Shown piece after piece: positions 22,797 through 35,794 of a stretch of DNA of 64,000 nt; within the stretch, counting starts at the first letter, position 1; each line of letters starts with the position of its first letter. The DNA lies in contig QPMI01000048.1 of the NCBI GenBank assembly GCA_004431415.1, positions 186,001 to 250,000 on the forward strand, written 5' to 3'. A program made the translations under genes and the position numbers. The notes under the pieces were generated by a model. That model did not search any database, was not told the origin of the DNA, and saw only the letters and a list, made by a program, of their open reading frames with translations. The DNA comes from Cyanophora paradoxa CCMP329 (Eukaryota > Plantae > Glaucophyta).

Positions 22797-25346
22797 TTAG
22801 AGCTCCTGAGAAGCCCAGATGTCTGTGAGACAGACAGAGGTTGCCTTGCAGCTCTCGAGGAGGCCCCTCACGAGCGTCCGGTCGTCCTCGGGGCTGGTCA
22901 GGAGGGCCGCCTGGAGGGATTCCGCCCCGAGGATGCCGTGCCCGCCCTTCTCCCACTGAAGCCGCGAGGGCTGCCTGAGGACCAAGCCCCGCGCCCTCAG
23001 CCACCCGAGGAACTGCGCATGCGCGCGGGGCGTGAGAAGGGCGTGCGCGGGGTGGGATGGTCGGGGGCGGGGTAGGGGAGGGGTACGGGCCTGTACGGCG
23101 GCATCCTCGCCCCCGATGTTCGAGGGGGTAAACTCGAAGACGATGTTCTTGACGCGCCTCGCCTGCGCATCGCGGGCTCGAATCCACGAGGAAATATCTC
23201 GAAATGAGGGCGGAAGGTACCGCGATCAGGGATTCGCGTACCCCGACCTGGAGAGAAAGTAGGTAGCGGGCTCCTGCCCGCTGGGCGCCTCTCCGGCTGC
23301 CGCGAATCGCCTCGGCGGTGCCTTTAGCCCTCCTCTAGCTGGTTAGCCGCGCGTCCGTTAGGAATCCGCTCCGTGGGTCGGTTCGGCGAGCTACTCCAGC
23401 GGACACCAGCGGCGGCTTCAGCAGCTGCTCTCTCGTTCAGCCCAAGCACTTCTCTGCGGCAGCGATCGGCCGCCCGCGGCTATGGGGCCGGCGACCTGCG
23501 CTGCGCCCGCGCAGATGATCGTCGGTCGTGTGAGTGCACGCCCGCGTCGCGGCCGTGGGCGTCGCGGCCGCACAGATGCTTGGATTCCTGGCGAGGCGAC
23601 GTGCTTCTGAGCACTCGGGCGGCCCGGGGCCTCCCAACCCCCGCCGCAGCGGACTCCGCGCGCGCGCGCGCCAGCTGGAGGAGGTATCTCTCGGCCGAGG
23701 AGCACAGGTCGCCGGCTGCGGCCGGCGATGCTGTGCGCCCGCCGGTTTTCACCCGGGCTCTCACGGGCTCCGGTTTCCGGCCCTCCCTGGGGTTAGTCGG
23801 CCTTGCTCTCTTAGTGCGCTTCTTCCCTGCCAAATTGAGGGCTATAGTTCAGGCTCAGCCGCTTCGACCTCATCCTCGCTTATACATCGGTCCTCTCTGT
23901 AGGCGCCCTTGTCCTGAGGGGGGTTATAGTAGCTCTGCTCTGCTTCGGCTCTCTAGGCAGGTGTAGGCAGTGCTTCTAGGCAGGTATAGGCCCCTTTCTC
24001 CAGTACAATAGCTCCACCCGGTCCGATGTCCGAAAGGCTTGTTCCCGTAGGCTCATCTCTCGACTTGACACAGATGGACACTGCAGTCATATCCCTAGCC
24101 ATTTGTCTTGGTGTGTGCGAATTCATTTGTACCGCGATCAGGCCCTCCGCCCCGCGGAGCGCCGCCGGCTCGTGGCCCTCCACATCGACCTGCGGGGGTA
24201 CGTCGATTTCGAGGGGTACACCGCCGCCCCGGCCGCCCTCCGCCGACCTTCATGACCAGGATCTCGGCGCCCGGGGGTACGGCGTCGTCGAGGCGGACGG
24301 TCTCGACGCTGTAGGGGAGGAGCTGGGGCCCGCGGGCCTCGGCCGCGCCCGCGCCGCCGCCGGACTCGTCCGACGTGGTGAATGCCCCGCCGACGTTGTG
24401 CTCGGGCACCCGCACCGAGAACCGGCGGCCTGCGCGCGCGGGCGCCGGCGCGGGCGGTCAGCATATGCATCCCAGAGGCGGCGCGGCGGGCGGGAAAGGA
24501 AAGCGGCGGGGCCGACCCGTGACGTCCGAGGCGGCGTTCTCGTGGATCTTTAGCAGATCGAATCCGTTGATTGCGGCGGAGGCTGCCAGGTGGGCGGCGA
24601 CGCTCCGCTGGACTTCGAAGGCGTGCGCGGGGCAGCGCAGCGCTGAAGCGAGCAGCGAGTAGAACCCGAGCTGCGGGGCGGCGGTCGGCATCGCGCGGCG
24701 GCGCTCGGCGGCGGTCGCCACGTGCACGGGCGGGCGCCGGTCGCACGTTCGAGCCTACGTCGACGAAGACGCGGCTTCCCGGGCGGCTCGTCGCGCAGCG
24801 ATCGCGAAGAAGCGCGCTCACAAGGGCGGTGATGTGCCTGCGGCTTCAAATTCAAACCGTGCAGACATCTGCCTCGCCCAGCGAGGCAGGAGATCGCACG
24901 GCTCCCAGAAGCCGTGGTTGAATATGGTGTTGGAGACGTGGTGGTCCTGACCCGGGTCCCCGACCGCCATCCAGAACCCCAGGCCGCGACCTCCGAACGC
25001 ATTCTGCGCCTCCACGCTGACGCGACGGATGTATACACGCTGTGCCAAGTTATTGAATGTCAAGACGTATACTAAGATGACGGGAGGGACGCACGTCGTC
25101 GGTTAGCTGATCCAGGACGCCGGTGAAGCCGCGCACGGCCGCGGGGTCGACATTGGTTTCTTGCTGTTCAGCTGCACGCGCGGGATCGAGAGAGCCAGCA
25201 AAGAGGACTTCGTCATCGCTTCGAATTCGCGCGTCAGAATGCAAGTCCGGGCTCGCCCAGATCCGCGCCAACGCGACGAGAGCGACGAGGACTAAGATTG
25301 CGCCCGCGAGCACGGCCGGTCGAGACTTCTGCGGCGCGAGCCTCAT
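22797..25346 (-). CDS. FkbM-family (Methyltransf_21) SAM-dependent methyltransferase with N-terminal signal anchor
   Basis: VFVDVGSN-LGFYSL, AFEVQ, VETVRLDD, VMK-VDVEGHEPAALRGA, NIVFEFTP; N-terminal TM helix AVLAGAILVLVALVALA. Confidence 0.9.
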
Positions 25347-25558
25347 CTTAGACCGTCGGGCGATCACTGCGATGCTCGCGAGGCTTTGGGGGCGACAGGT
25401 CTCCGTCGCCAGTACCCCCCCCGACGGTCCCGCCACTGTTCCGCCAGCGCCTCGGCGGCCTCGCGAGCGCAAGGAACTGAGCGTAGCAGACTTGTAGAAT
25501 ACCCGGAAGCTGCGTGTGGATCCCCGGCGGTCAGGCAGCGCCCACTTTGAACGCCGCC

Positions 25559-28500
25559 ATGGTCCAGCTGCGAGCTCGCGCATCCGGCTCTGACGCCGAT
25601 GCCAAGAAGAAGAGAAGGAAGGATGAAGTGATAGCGTGAGCCCCGCGTCCTGAGCCCCAGACCCCTCGGCGAACGTGCATCCTGAGGCCTGACGCGCTGC
25701 ACCGCGACCCCGCCGCGCAGGGACCTCGTCGGCGAGGAATCAGAGCAGGAGGATGCGGAGGAGAGCGATGCCGAGGAGGACTACACCCCGAAGGCCGCCG
25801 GCAAGAAGGTGCGGCGCCCTGTTCAAAGTTGTTTCGACAGCGAGCGGTCTGCGAGCGCTCGCCGTCGAGTGCGTGGCCACTCATTGACGATGTAATGCGC
25901 TTACGCGACCATGCACGCCTGCAGAAGGCCGGGAGGGCGGAGGGCACGCCTGCGTCCGGCTCTGCGAAGCAGAAGGCCGGAAAGCGGACCTCGAAGAGCC
26001 CGGGAGCGGAGGATGGAGACGAGGAGTCGCCGGCAAAAGTCCCCGACGCGGACGCGCCCGCCAAGAAGAAAGGAAAGACGGCGGGCGAGGGGAAGAAGAA
26101 GGCTGGCGCGGCAGGCAAACAGGGATCGCGCCACGCGGTTGAGAACCTCTCTCTGCACGGTGTGAATGCGTAGGTTTGAAAGTTCCCGCGCCCGCTCACG
26201 CTTCGCGCCGACGTACGCAGAGATCATTTTGAACCACTCGGATAGCATCGGCATGGCCGCGGAGGAGTGGCGCAAGCGCTTCAGCGAGGACAACGTCGCG
26301 CAGTCCGTCGCGGACCTCGTCGTGCTCATCGCTCAGGTCCTCGCCGGCGCGGCGGTCCGCGAACGAGAACGGACTTGATCCGTTCCCGCGCAGGCCTCCG
26401 GCTGCCCGGGCGACGTCAGCGCCGAGGCCGTCTCGAACAACCGCATCGACGAAACGATCCAGGAGCTCGCTGAGTCTTTCCCGGAGGCGCGGGCCCCCCC
26501 GCCGCGCTTCCCGCCCGGCCGCCGCCTCACCCGCCCGCCTTCCTGCAGGACGCGGACCTGGGCTTCTTCTCGATGAACACCAAGGAAGGGAAGCAGTACG
26601 TGCGCAACTACCTGGACTTCTGGGACAAGGTGGTCGCTCAGGTGAGAAGGGAGCGGAAGCGCGGGCGCGCCGCGGGCGGGCGCGCAGCTCAGTCCCTTTT
26701 CCCGCAGGCGTACAACTTCGACCTCTTTGAGAAGGGGGGATTCATGGAACTCCTTCTTCGCTGGGTCACGCAGCTGGCCTGGTGCGGGCCCGCTTCCTTT
26801 CTCCTCCTTTCCTGCTCCGCCCTTCTCGGACCGACCCGCCCGCAGCTCGGCCGTAAACCCGTTCCGGCACACGGCGACCGCCGTCGGCTGCCGCGTCGCC
26901 GACGGCATCATCGCCGCCGCCGAAGAGACCAAGGACCGCGCCGACGAGGCCGAGCGTCGGCTGAAGGCGGAGGAGAAAAAGGGTACCCGGCGCTGCTCTT
27001 TCTAGTTTTCGTCTTCCCTTCTCTGAGCGCCGCGCAGCCAAGAAGAACAAGGAAGCGATCAAATCGTCGAAGGACCTTCTGGACTCGAGCCGGGAGGCCC
27101 TGAAGGCTTTGGAGGACCACCTGAACAATATCTTTACGGGGTACCCCTCCTTTTCTCCTCTTTTGCGGTACCCCGGTCCGACTGACCCGGATACAGGATC
27201 TTCGTGCACCGGTACCGCGACCAGATCCCGGCCGTCCGCGCCCTCGCAATCCGCGCCCTCGGTGGGTGGATCATCCACTACCCCGACTACTTCGCCCAGG
27301 CACGCGTACCCCCCTCCCGCTTTCACTCATATCTTTCGAACCGACCGGGGTACGCAGGACAAGTACGTCAAGTACCTCGGCTGGACCATGTCCGACAAGG
27401 CGCGTCGAACCCCCGCCCCCCGCCCCGCCCCCCCCCCAAGCCTCTCACGTACCCCCCCGCAGTCGCCCGAGGTCCGCAAGGCGACTCTGGCAGCACTCAC
27501 GGAGCTGTACAAGGTGAGATCGGGGCGTGCTGAGAGCGGGCTCTCCACCCGCCGGGCCGTGGAAAGCCGGGAGCGGCTAAGGGCGTCTTGGATGCGACCT
27601 GGAGCGCGGGCCGGGGTCGCCGCCCCGCCTGACAAGCCTTTTCCAGGTCGAGTCAGTGTCCGCGCGCTTCGCAGTCTTCACCGCGCGCTTTGCGCCCCGC
27701 ATGGTCGAGACCGGTCCGCCCTCCCGCCCGCCCGCACGCCCGCCCGCACCGGCCTGCCTCCGGACGCTCTGACGCGCCCGGGCGGGGTACGTACAGTGCG
27801 GGACACGGACCGCGCGGTGGCCGCCGACGCGATCCGCCTATGCCAGGAGGTCCTCCGGTCCGCCAAACCCCCCCCCTCCCCTCCCCCCCTCCCCCCCCTC
27901 CCCTCCGCTACCGATCTCGCCTTTGCACATAGAAGACAGCTCCTAGCCTAGATGCCGTTCCCTCTATCTGCTCCCCTCCCCTCCCCTCGCGGGCTTCCCT
28001 AGACTAGAGACAGGGGCTCTAGACAGGTCCAGAGACCCACCTGTCGTTGGTTATCTCGCGCCCACTCCCCTCCCCTCGCGGACTTCTATAGACGCGGTTC
28101 TAGAAACGGGCTCCTGCCCTTCCCGTGGGCCCCCCTTGCCGCCCTCTGACGCCGGCGCCCGGGCGGCAGGACGGGGAAGCTCTCGCCTGAAGACATTCTC
28201 GAGATCTACGCATTCGCCCTCGACGACGACAAGTGCGCCAGAGCCCACCAGACCATCCCTCATCCCTCTCGAATCTCTTCCTACCTCTCAGCTTCTTTCT
28301 AAAGCTCCAAGCTGAGAGTTCTTCCTATCCTATCTAACTCCTCCAAGTTCTTCGCATCCAACCCCGAATCCCTCGCCGCCTGACGCTGCGTTCCCCCACC
28401 CCGCCGCGGCAGGGCCCCGCGGGACGCGGCGGCCGAGTTCCTCGCCACGCACGTGACCAAGTACCACGTACCCTCCCTCAAGGCCGGCGGTCCGTACCCA

Positions 28501-31500
28501 CCCTCCTCGTGCAAACTCGTCCACAAATCTAGTACTCGCCTAGTCTTTCTTCTAGTTCATAAATGTTGGCGTCCTGGGCGTTAAAACGGCGCCCCGCCCG
28601 CCCTCCCGCCCAGCCAGAGCTTGTGCGCCGGCCTCACGTACCCCCCTCCCCCCCTCCTCCTCCCCCGGCGCAGGCGGCAAGCAGAAGAGTTCGGACGAGG
28701 CCCTCCAGGTGAGGACCCAGTCGAAATCATAAACGGATTACAGTCCGAGTTAGGGACGAATCTTGATTCGATCCGATCAGATCCGGCGGCTGCTGGAGTT
28801 CCTGCGGACGGCGCGGATCACGCAGGCGGCGGTCGCGCGCTTCGTGCAGGCCCTCTGGCGCCACCTCCCCGTCGCCCGCGTGCGTCCCGACAACCTATCT
28901 GATTCGATCTGATCTGATCTGATCTGATCTCGCAGGACATGGGCGCGATGACGGACCTGCTGCTGGCCGAGGCGGTGGGGAGCGTCAAGGGCGCGAACGG
29001 CGCCGGCGGGGAGGAGGGCGAGGGCGAGGGGGAGGGGGGCGAGGAGGAGGAGGAGGAGGAGGCGACTCAGGACGAGAACCGCAGGAAGGCGCGCTCAGAG
29101 TTCGAGGGCGCTCGCGCCCCGCGCCGCCCAAAACTAGGCGGGACCGGACGGGACCCCTAGCGGAGCGCCCCGCGCCGCCTGGCGCCGGACCCGCTCCCGA
29201 ACCTGAGCTAGGCTGGGCCGGCCAGACGAGTCCGGCCCCTCGGCTCGGCTCGAAGCTTACGGAACGCGGGGGGCGCAGAGCGGGGGCGGGGGCGGGCGCC
29301 TGGCGGACGACGAGGAACTCCACGCCATGCTCGTGCGCCCCGCCCCGGCCCGCCCCGTCCTACCGTCCCGGCTGCCTCTAGACGGAAGCCTGCGGCCTGT
29401 AGACAGGGCAGCGGCCACCAATCGGAACTTGTCCGACCCCATCTCGACCCTATCTAGCCTTATCCGACCTTGCCAGCCTCCGCTGCCTAAGTCTAGAAGT
29501 CCTCGCCCTTCGGAACCCGCGCCCGAGGGCCACGGTCTGTAGAGAGGTCCTCGGCCGCGAGCTTTAGGGCCAGCCTATGACTCGCCGAGCGAGCTCAAGC
29601 GCTTGTCCCGCGCAGGCCCGCCCCGCCCTTCCCCCCTCGTCCGCCAACCGACGACGCCCCCCGCAGGTGCGGCTGATGGCGGCGTGCGCGGCGGTGGCGA
29701 GCGAGGAGGCCGCCCGCCAGACCGCCTCCAAGGCCGACAAGGTCCGCCCGCCCGCCCGGGCGCACCCGTCTAGGCGGGGCGTTGCTGTTTAGAGGTCCCT
29801 GGAGGGAGAGGGAGCAAGCAAAGCAGCAAAGCTGCCGGGCGTGTAGCACAGTCTCTGACTGGCGCCGTGGCGCGCAGGCGGCGGCGGTGAAGGCGCTGGA
29901 GGGGATGACCGGCCGCCTCATGACCGCCCTCCCCAAGGTGCCGTCCCCCCGCGCGTCGCCTCTCCCTGGGCCGCATCGGCTCTGCAGTCGGGTGGCCATG
30001 CAGCCCTGAGCTCCCTCGCCCTCTAAGCCGGCCCTCTCTCAGGCTACGCCGCCTCGCTCCTCTAGAATCGCGCTTGTAAACGCGGGGGCTCGCGTCCCTG
30101 CGGGCCCTGTCCCTGTCACGCCCTTAGGCAGTTGCCTCGCCCCACTTCAGCCTTAGTCACTTTTCCTGCGGGTCGGGTCCCTGAGCTCCCTCGCCCGCAG
30201 CTGCTACGCAAGTTCGGGGCGGACGACCGCAAGCTGACGGACCTCCTCGCGCTGCCCCGGGTACGCCCCCGCGGGCTCAGATCTCAGATGAGAGACAGCG
30301 CTCAGATGTCGCCCGTCTCCCTCCCTAGCGTTTTGCGTTAGCTTTTGCAGCTTTAGCGTTTAGCCTCCACTCCATTCTTAGCGTTAGCTTATTAGCTGCC
30401 CCGGGTCCGCTCCGCCCTCGCGAGCTGAAGGCTTCGCTCTCGGCCCTTCTCCTCCTCCTCCGCCTGACTCTTCTCGCCCCCGGGCGCAGCACTTCGACCT
30501 GCAGCAGTACGTCGTGCAGCGCAAGGAGAAGGCCTTCAACGATACCGTCCAGGCGCGCTGTTTGAGAGAGACCGCGTATCTGAACATCTGTTCTAACATT
30601 TAGCTTCGCCAAACTGTTTGGAGCCGCGGATATCATTGTTATCATCTGCCGCCGCTGCTCTAACTGTTCTTTCTGACCGTTGTTTGTTGTTTTACAGGCC
30701 CTCGCCGGGATCGTCCGGAAGGGCGTGAGGGAGTCGACGCTGGTCGCCTCGGCGGCGGCCCTGCGGCGCTTCGCGACGGGCGGGCACAAGCTGCAGCCGG
30801 CGGCCGCCTCGGCCGTCCTCGGCCTCGCCGGCGACCTCCTCAAGGGCCTCACCAAGGCCTGGAAGGACCTCAAGGTACGAAAGAATCGAACCCAGTACTC
30901 AAAACGCTAGTTAGTTAGAGGCTAAGCACGGGCTCTTTGCAGGCGGGCAAGAAGGCGGCGGAGGGCGCGGCGGCGGCGCTGCGGGCCGCCCTCCTCCGCC
31001 TCTACGCCCTCCAGGTACCATCCGCCCACTCCCCTCCTCTTTCTCCTCCGCCTCACGCGCCCCGCGGCGCAGGGCCAGCTGCCGCTGGAGGGGGCCCCCG
31101 AGCTCGCCAAGGCCCTCCTCGACATTCTCTCCTCCCGCCAGGCCCGCCCCTCTTCTTCCCGTTGACACGAGCGATCCATGAGCTCGACTGCGCGGCCATA
31201 GCTCGTAGCTCATGATAGATGATAGATGCCTCCCGTCACTCCCTCGCCTCCTCTCACCCACCTCCCATTCCACCTTTCGCGCGTCTCCCTTAAGAGCTCG
31301 ATCGCGCGGCCCCCCCACCACTCCCCCTCCCGCCTTTCCTCGCCCCCTCTCACCCGCCTTCCCCCGCAGGCGGCGACGGGGGAGGTGCCCGACGAGGCCA
31401 TCCAGCGCGCCCTCGAGGCCGCCTGCGCCCACCTCGTCCAGGTCAGTCTGAAATCTAAAATCCACTCTAGAAAGGATCCGCTGCGATAGAAGCATATCAG

Positions 31501-34500
31501 GCGCATATTATATTATTTGAAGGCCCTTCGGCGCGCCCTCGGGGCCGCCTGCGCATACCTCGTCCAGGTTCCCCTCCCCCTCCCCCTCCTCCTCTCTCTC
31601 TTTCGCACTCTCTTCCGTCCCCTGACTTGGTTGCAGCGGGCGAACACGGCGGCGCAGGCGGACGAGCCCTCCGAGGAGGCGTTCCGCGCCCTCGAGGAGG
31701 TGCCCCCCCCCCCCCCCCCCTTCGAATTCGTTAGATTATCTCAGAATCTTGGGCGCCCGCCCCGCTCATAGATAGATGATAGATCCTGAGCATTTGATCC
31801 TGGAGCTTCTTCACGCTCCGGCTAGGGGTTTGACTCCAGCTTTACGCCAGCCCCGCTCATAGATCATATCTAAGAAGACTCATAGAAGATCATATCGAAT
31901 AAGATTCATAGAAGATCGTATCGAAGAAGAGTCTTAGAAGATCGTATCTAGCGCGCTGTGAGACCCCAGCTTTACGACATAGTAGACGCCCGCCCCGCTC
32001 GCCCGCCCTGACGCCGGCCGGCCCTCCCCCCCGCCCCTCAGCTGCGGGACGAGTACCTGGGCGCGCTCTCCTCGCTCCTCGCCGAGTCCTCCTCCCCGGG
32101 CGTCCGCGACCAGGTACCCCCTCCCCCCCTTCATCCCCCCCCCCCATCCCTCCCCCCCCGCCCGCCCCTCCCGAGCGCTCACGCGGGCCGGGGCCCGCGG
32201 CAGTGCATCCTGCGGGCCTCCGATCTTCTGTACGGCCTCTCCGCCCTCCAGGTCCTTTCCCGCCCCCCTCCTCTGCTTACTGGGCTAACCTGTCTGTTTC
32301 TTGAGCTCACTTCCTTTCTTGCTTGCTCGCCTCAGCACCTCGTGAAGACGGCGAAGGGCCTGCCGGCGGCGGCGCGGGAGGCGGCGGAGAGGGCGGCACG
32401 GGCCGTGCTCGACCCGCAGCTCGTCCAGCGCATCGTCGCGCGCGCCTGCGAGGCCCTCGACGAGAGCGGTGCGCGCAGAACAACAACGAGTCAGAGCAAC
32501 AGCGGCTCGGCTGGCGCTTCCTTGTAAATTCAAGCGAGAAGAAGACTGACGGCGCGGGGCGCGCAGAGGGGGAGGACGAGGGCGGCGCCACCCCCCGCCT
32601 CGTCGTCGCCGTCTACCGCTTGGCCAGCGACGGTACCCTCCCCGCCGAGGAGGTCCGCGAACGCCGTACCCCCACGCATCCCTTCACGCAGCACTCTCAC
32701 CTGTACCCTCCCCCGCAGGCCCTGGCCCCGCTCTTCGCCCGCTGGGGATCCTCCCCCGTCAGCGCCAGGGCCAAGGAGGCGCTGAAGCTGGTTCGTGTAC
32801 CCCGGTGTGGGGGGTACGGGCCTTGTTTGATTCGGAGGGGGGTACGCAGATCTTCAAAGACATAAAGGGCACCTCCGGGCCGCTGCACGAGGCGCTTCCG
32901 GCGATCCAGGCCGGCGCCATCATCCGGGTACGCCCTCATTCCTACAGAGCTGTGCTAAATTCGATCCAAACCGATTCGTGTACCCCCGCAGGCCTTTTCG
33001 ATGCACGCGGAGAGCGGCGCGACGGACAAGGGCGCCAACATGGCCCGCTCCGTCGCTCGCGATTTCGCCCAGTTCTACTCCTTCCGGTGCCGTTTCTTTC
33101 TGCATTTCGTGTACCCCCCTTTCCTCCCCACCCCTCTTCTTACCCTCTATCCAGAGACGGGAAGGGTGACAAGGGTGATTTGCCACTGGCAAAGGTCCTC
33201 TCGACCGGTACGCCCCCTCTCTCCTCTCTCTCCCCCCGAACGTGTACCCCTCTGATCCGAATCAGTGGCGTCGTGGGCGCTGGCCCGGCCCGGCCGCTCC
33301 GACATTCTGTTCTCGCTCCAGCCCTACTACCCCCGCATGACCCGCCCCGAGGCCGTGCACACGTGCGGCGTACCCCTCCCCGTTCCTTAGCTGTGCTGAT
33401 CGCGTACCCCCCTTTCTCTGCAGGCTCAAGGCCGTAGAGGAAGCCGCGGGACGGCAGGCCGTCAGCGGCAAGGAGCTCGACGACGACGTGCGTTCTCGTA
33501 CCCCCCCTCGGACGTCCCGGGGGGTACCGACGCAGTCGCAGGCGCGGGAGCACGTGGAGACGTTCCGCTCGCACCTCGACAAGCTGGCGAAGGGCGAGAA
33601 GGCGCGGCATCGAATCCGCCCGGGTGCATTCTTCGTCGAATTGACGCCTTTTGTAGGTCGAGAAGACCCCGGTGGCCCCTGGCGCTGGGGCCGCCTCGCG
33701 GCGCGTCGCCGGCGGCGGCAAGCGCCTCGCGATGGACGGTGCGCCGCGGTGTTGTACACCCCCTCCGCCCTCGCCCCCCCACTGAAACTGAACGCGCGCG
33801 TACCCGTCAGACGCGGCGAGCGAGGCGTCGGCGACGCCGGCGAAGCCTCCGGCGAAGAAGCAGAAGAAGCCGGCGGCCAAGAAGGCGAAGAAGGCGAAGG
33901 AGGAAAGCGAAGACGAGGAGGAGGAGGAAGGCGGGGAGGGGGGGGTGCAGGACGGTGCCTTGATCTCAAGCCCTCAGAACTGCTCAGAGGTCGTTCTCGT
34001 TTCCGACCCGCCGGGGGCGCAGCGGAGGAGGAGGCGGCGCCCCTCTCGCGGCGGCGGGCGCCGACGCAGCGGGCGGCGGCGGTTGCGGGGCCGAAGCCGG
34101 TGTACCGCGAGGAGGAGGAGGAGGAGGAGGAGGAGGAGGAGGAGGAGGAGGAGCGGCCCCAGGGCAAGAGGAAGGCGCCGGCCAAGCCAGCGGCTGCGGC
34201 CAAGCCGGCCGCAGCGGCCAAGCCCGCGGCGGCGGCGAAGCCGGCTGCGAAGGCTGCCGCCGCCGCGCCCGCTCGGCCTGCGCCGGCTCCGAAGGCGGCC
34301 GCCGCGGCGCCGAAGCGAAAGGCGGAGGCGGGGGCGGAGGAGGACGGCGGCTTCAAGCGCCCCGCCCCGCGGCGGCCGGCGGCGCCGGCGCCGGCGCCGG
34401 CGCCCTCGCCGCCCCGCCCATCCAAATCCCTCCGCGCCGAGATGACGCAGGTACCCCTCCGCCCTTTCCCCCCCTTCCTTCCAGATACCCCCCCGCCCTG

Positions 34501-35794
34501 ACGCCGTACCCCAGTCGGACGAGGAGATGGAGGAGGGGTCGGAGAGTGCGGCGGGGTCGTCTTCTCTCGGGGCTTCCTCGATCGCCTCGCGCTTCCAGGT
34601 GCTCCACCTTCGAGCCTCTTTCTGGCTCGCGTCTTAACTCTTAGCTCTAAGCTCTTGAGCCCTTCGTTGAAGTTATCGAGCTCTAATCTGTCTCTCTCGC
34701 TTCTAGCTGTTATCTCTTTACGCTCTTTAAGCTTTAAGCTTTAAGCTTCAAGCTTTAAGCTCTCTAGCTTCATTCCTTCGGGGTTGGGCCCGCCGCTGAC
34801 CTCGCGGCGGCAGCCGCGGCGCTCGGGAGGCTCGGCGCGGGCCTCCCTGACGCCCCTCGAGGACTCCGAGATCCCTGGCTCCGAGGAATTCGCCCCCGGC
34901 CACCGCGAGAAGAAGGTGCGGGGGGCAGGGGGCAGGGAGGAGGGGAGGGGGTACGGGGAGGGCTCAGCGGGGCGCGCTCGCGCGCAGGCGGCGAAGGAGG
35001 CGAAGGTCCGCGCGAAGCAGGCGGAGGCGGCGGCGGTGGCGGCGGCGCAGCGGCGGCGAAAGCAGGAGGAAGAGGAAGAAGAGCAAGAGGAGGAGGAGGA
35101 GGAGGAGGAGGAGCCTCCGCGCCCGCCCATCCGCGGTGCGCTCACGGATTTCGCCCGCCGGCGCCCCCTGTACCCTGGTTCACACTGACCCTGCACCCCC
35201 CTGCAGCCGTCCAGCGGCTCTCGGGCGGTGCCCCGCAAGTGGCCCAGCGGACCTACGGAAGGCTCGCCTCTCCCCGTACCCCTCCCCTCTGACTTCGTTC
35301 TCGTCCTCACGCCCCCCGGCGCGGCGCGCAGGAAGCCGGCGCCGGTCCGGCCGCTCGAGGGCCCGAGCTTCTCGCAGGAGGTCGGGCTCCACGGGGCGGA
35401 CGAGGAGGAGGAGGAGCAGGAGCAAGAGCAGGAGGAGGGCGAGGAGGAGGAGGAGGGGGGGGCGGAAGAGGAGGGCCGCCCGCCGGCGCGCGCCGCCGTT
35501 GAGAAGCGGAAGGCCGAGCCCGCCCAAGAGGAGGAGGAGGAGGAGCAGGAGGTTCGCCCCGCCTTCAACAGGGGTCGAGATGCTAATCCGAGGATATCTT
35601 GGGCTTTAAACCGAGCGCACATATAATTTATCTAATGTGTCATGTTGATGTCTTCATTTCTTTCTTTCGTCATTCTTCATGCCTAATCCTGATTCGATTC
35701 GGCGCAGGAGGAGGAGGAAGACCGCATGTCGCAGACGTCGGACTTCGTGGGGATGGGCGTCGTCAAGGCTGCCGCCGCGCGCCGCCGGCGATGA
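25559..35794 (+). CDS. SCC3: Cohesin subunit SA / Scc3 (stromalin, STAG) with long low-complexity C-terminus; many exons
   Basis: PFRHTAT (STAG domain) and IFVHRYRD..PAVRALAIRALGGWI..YPDYF...KYVKYLGWTMSDK.PEVRK..L.AL..LY, FTARF..RMVE (SCD domain); HEAT-like middle; poly-E and KPAAAA tail. Stop position tentative. Confidence 0.92.

Noticed and set aside
28890-28932. (GATCT)n here and (TAAGCTT)n near 34730 as functional sites
   Set aside because: Simple intronic microsatellites consistent with slippage.
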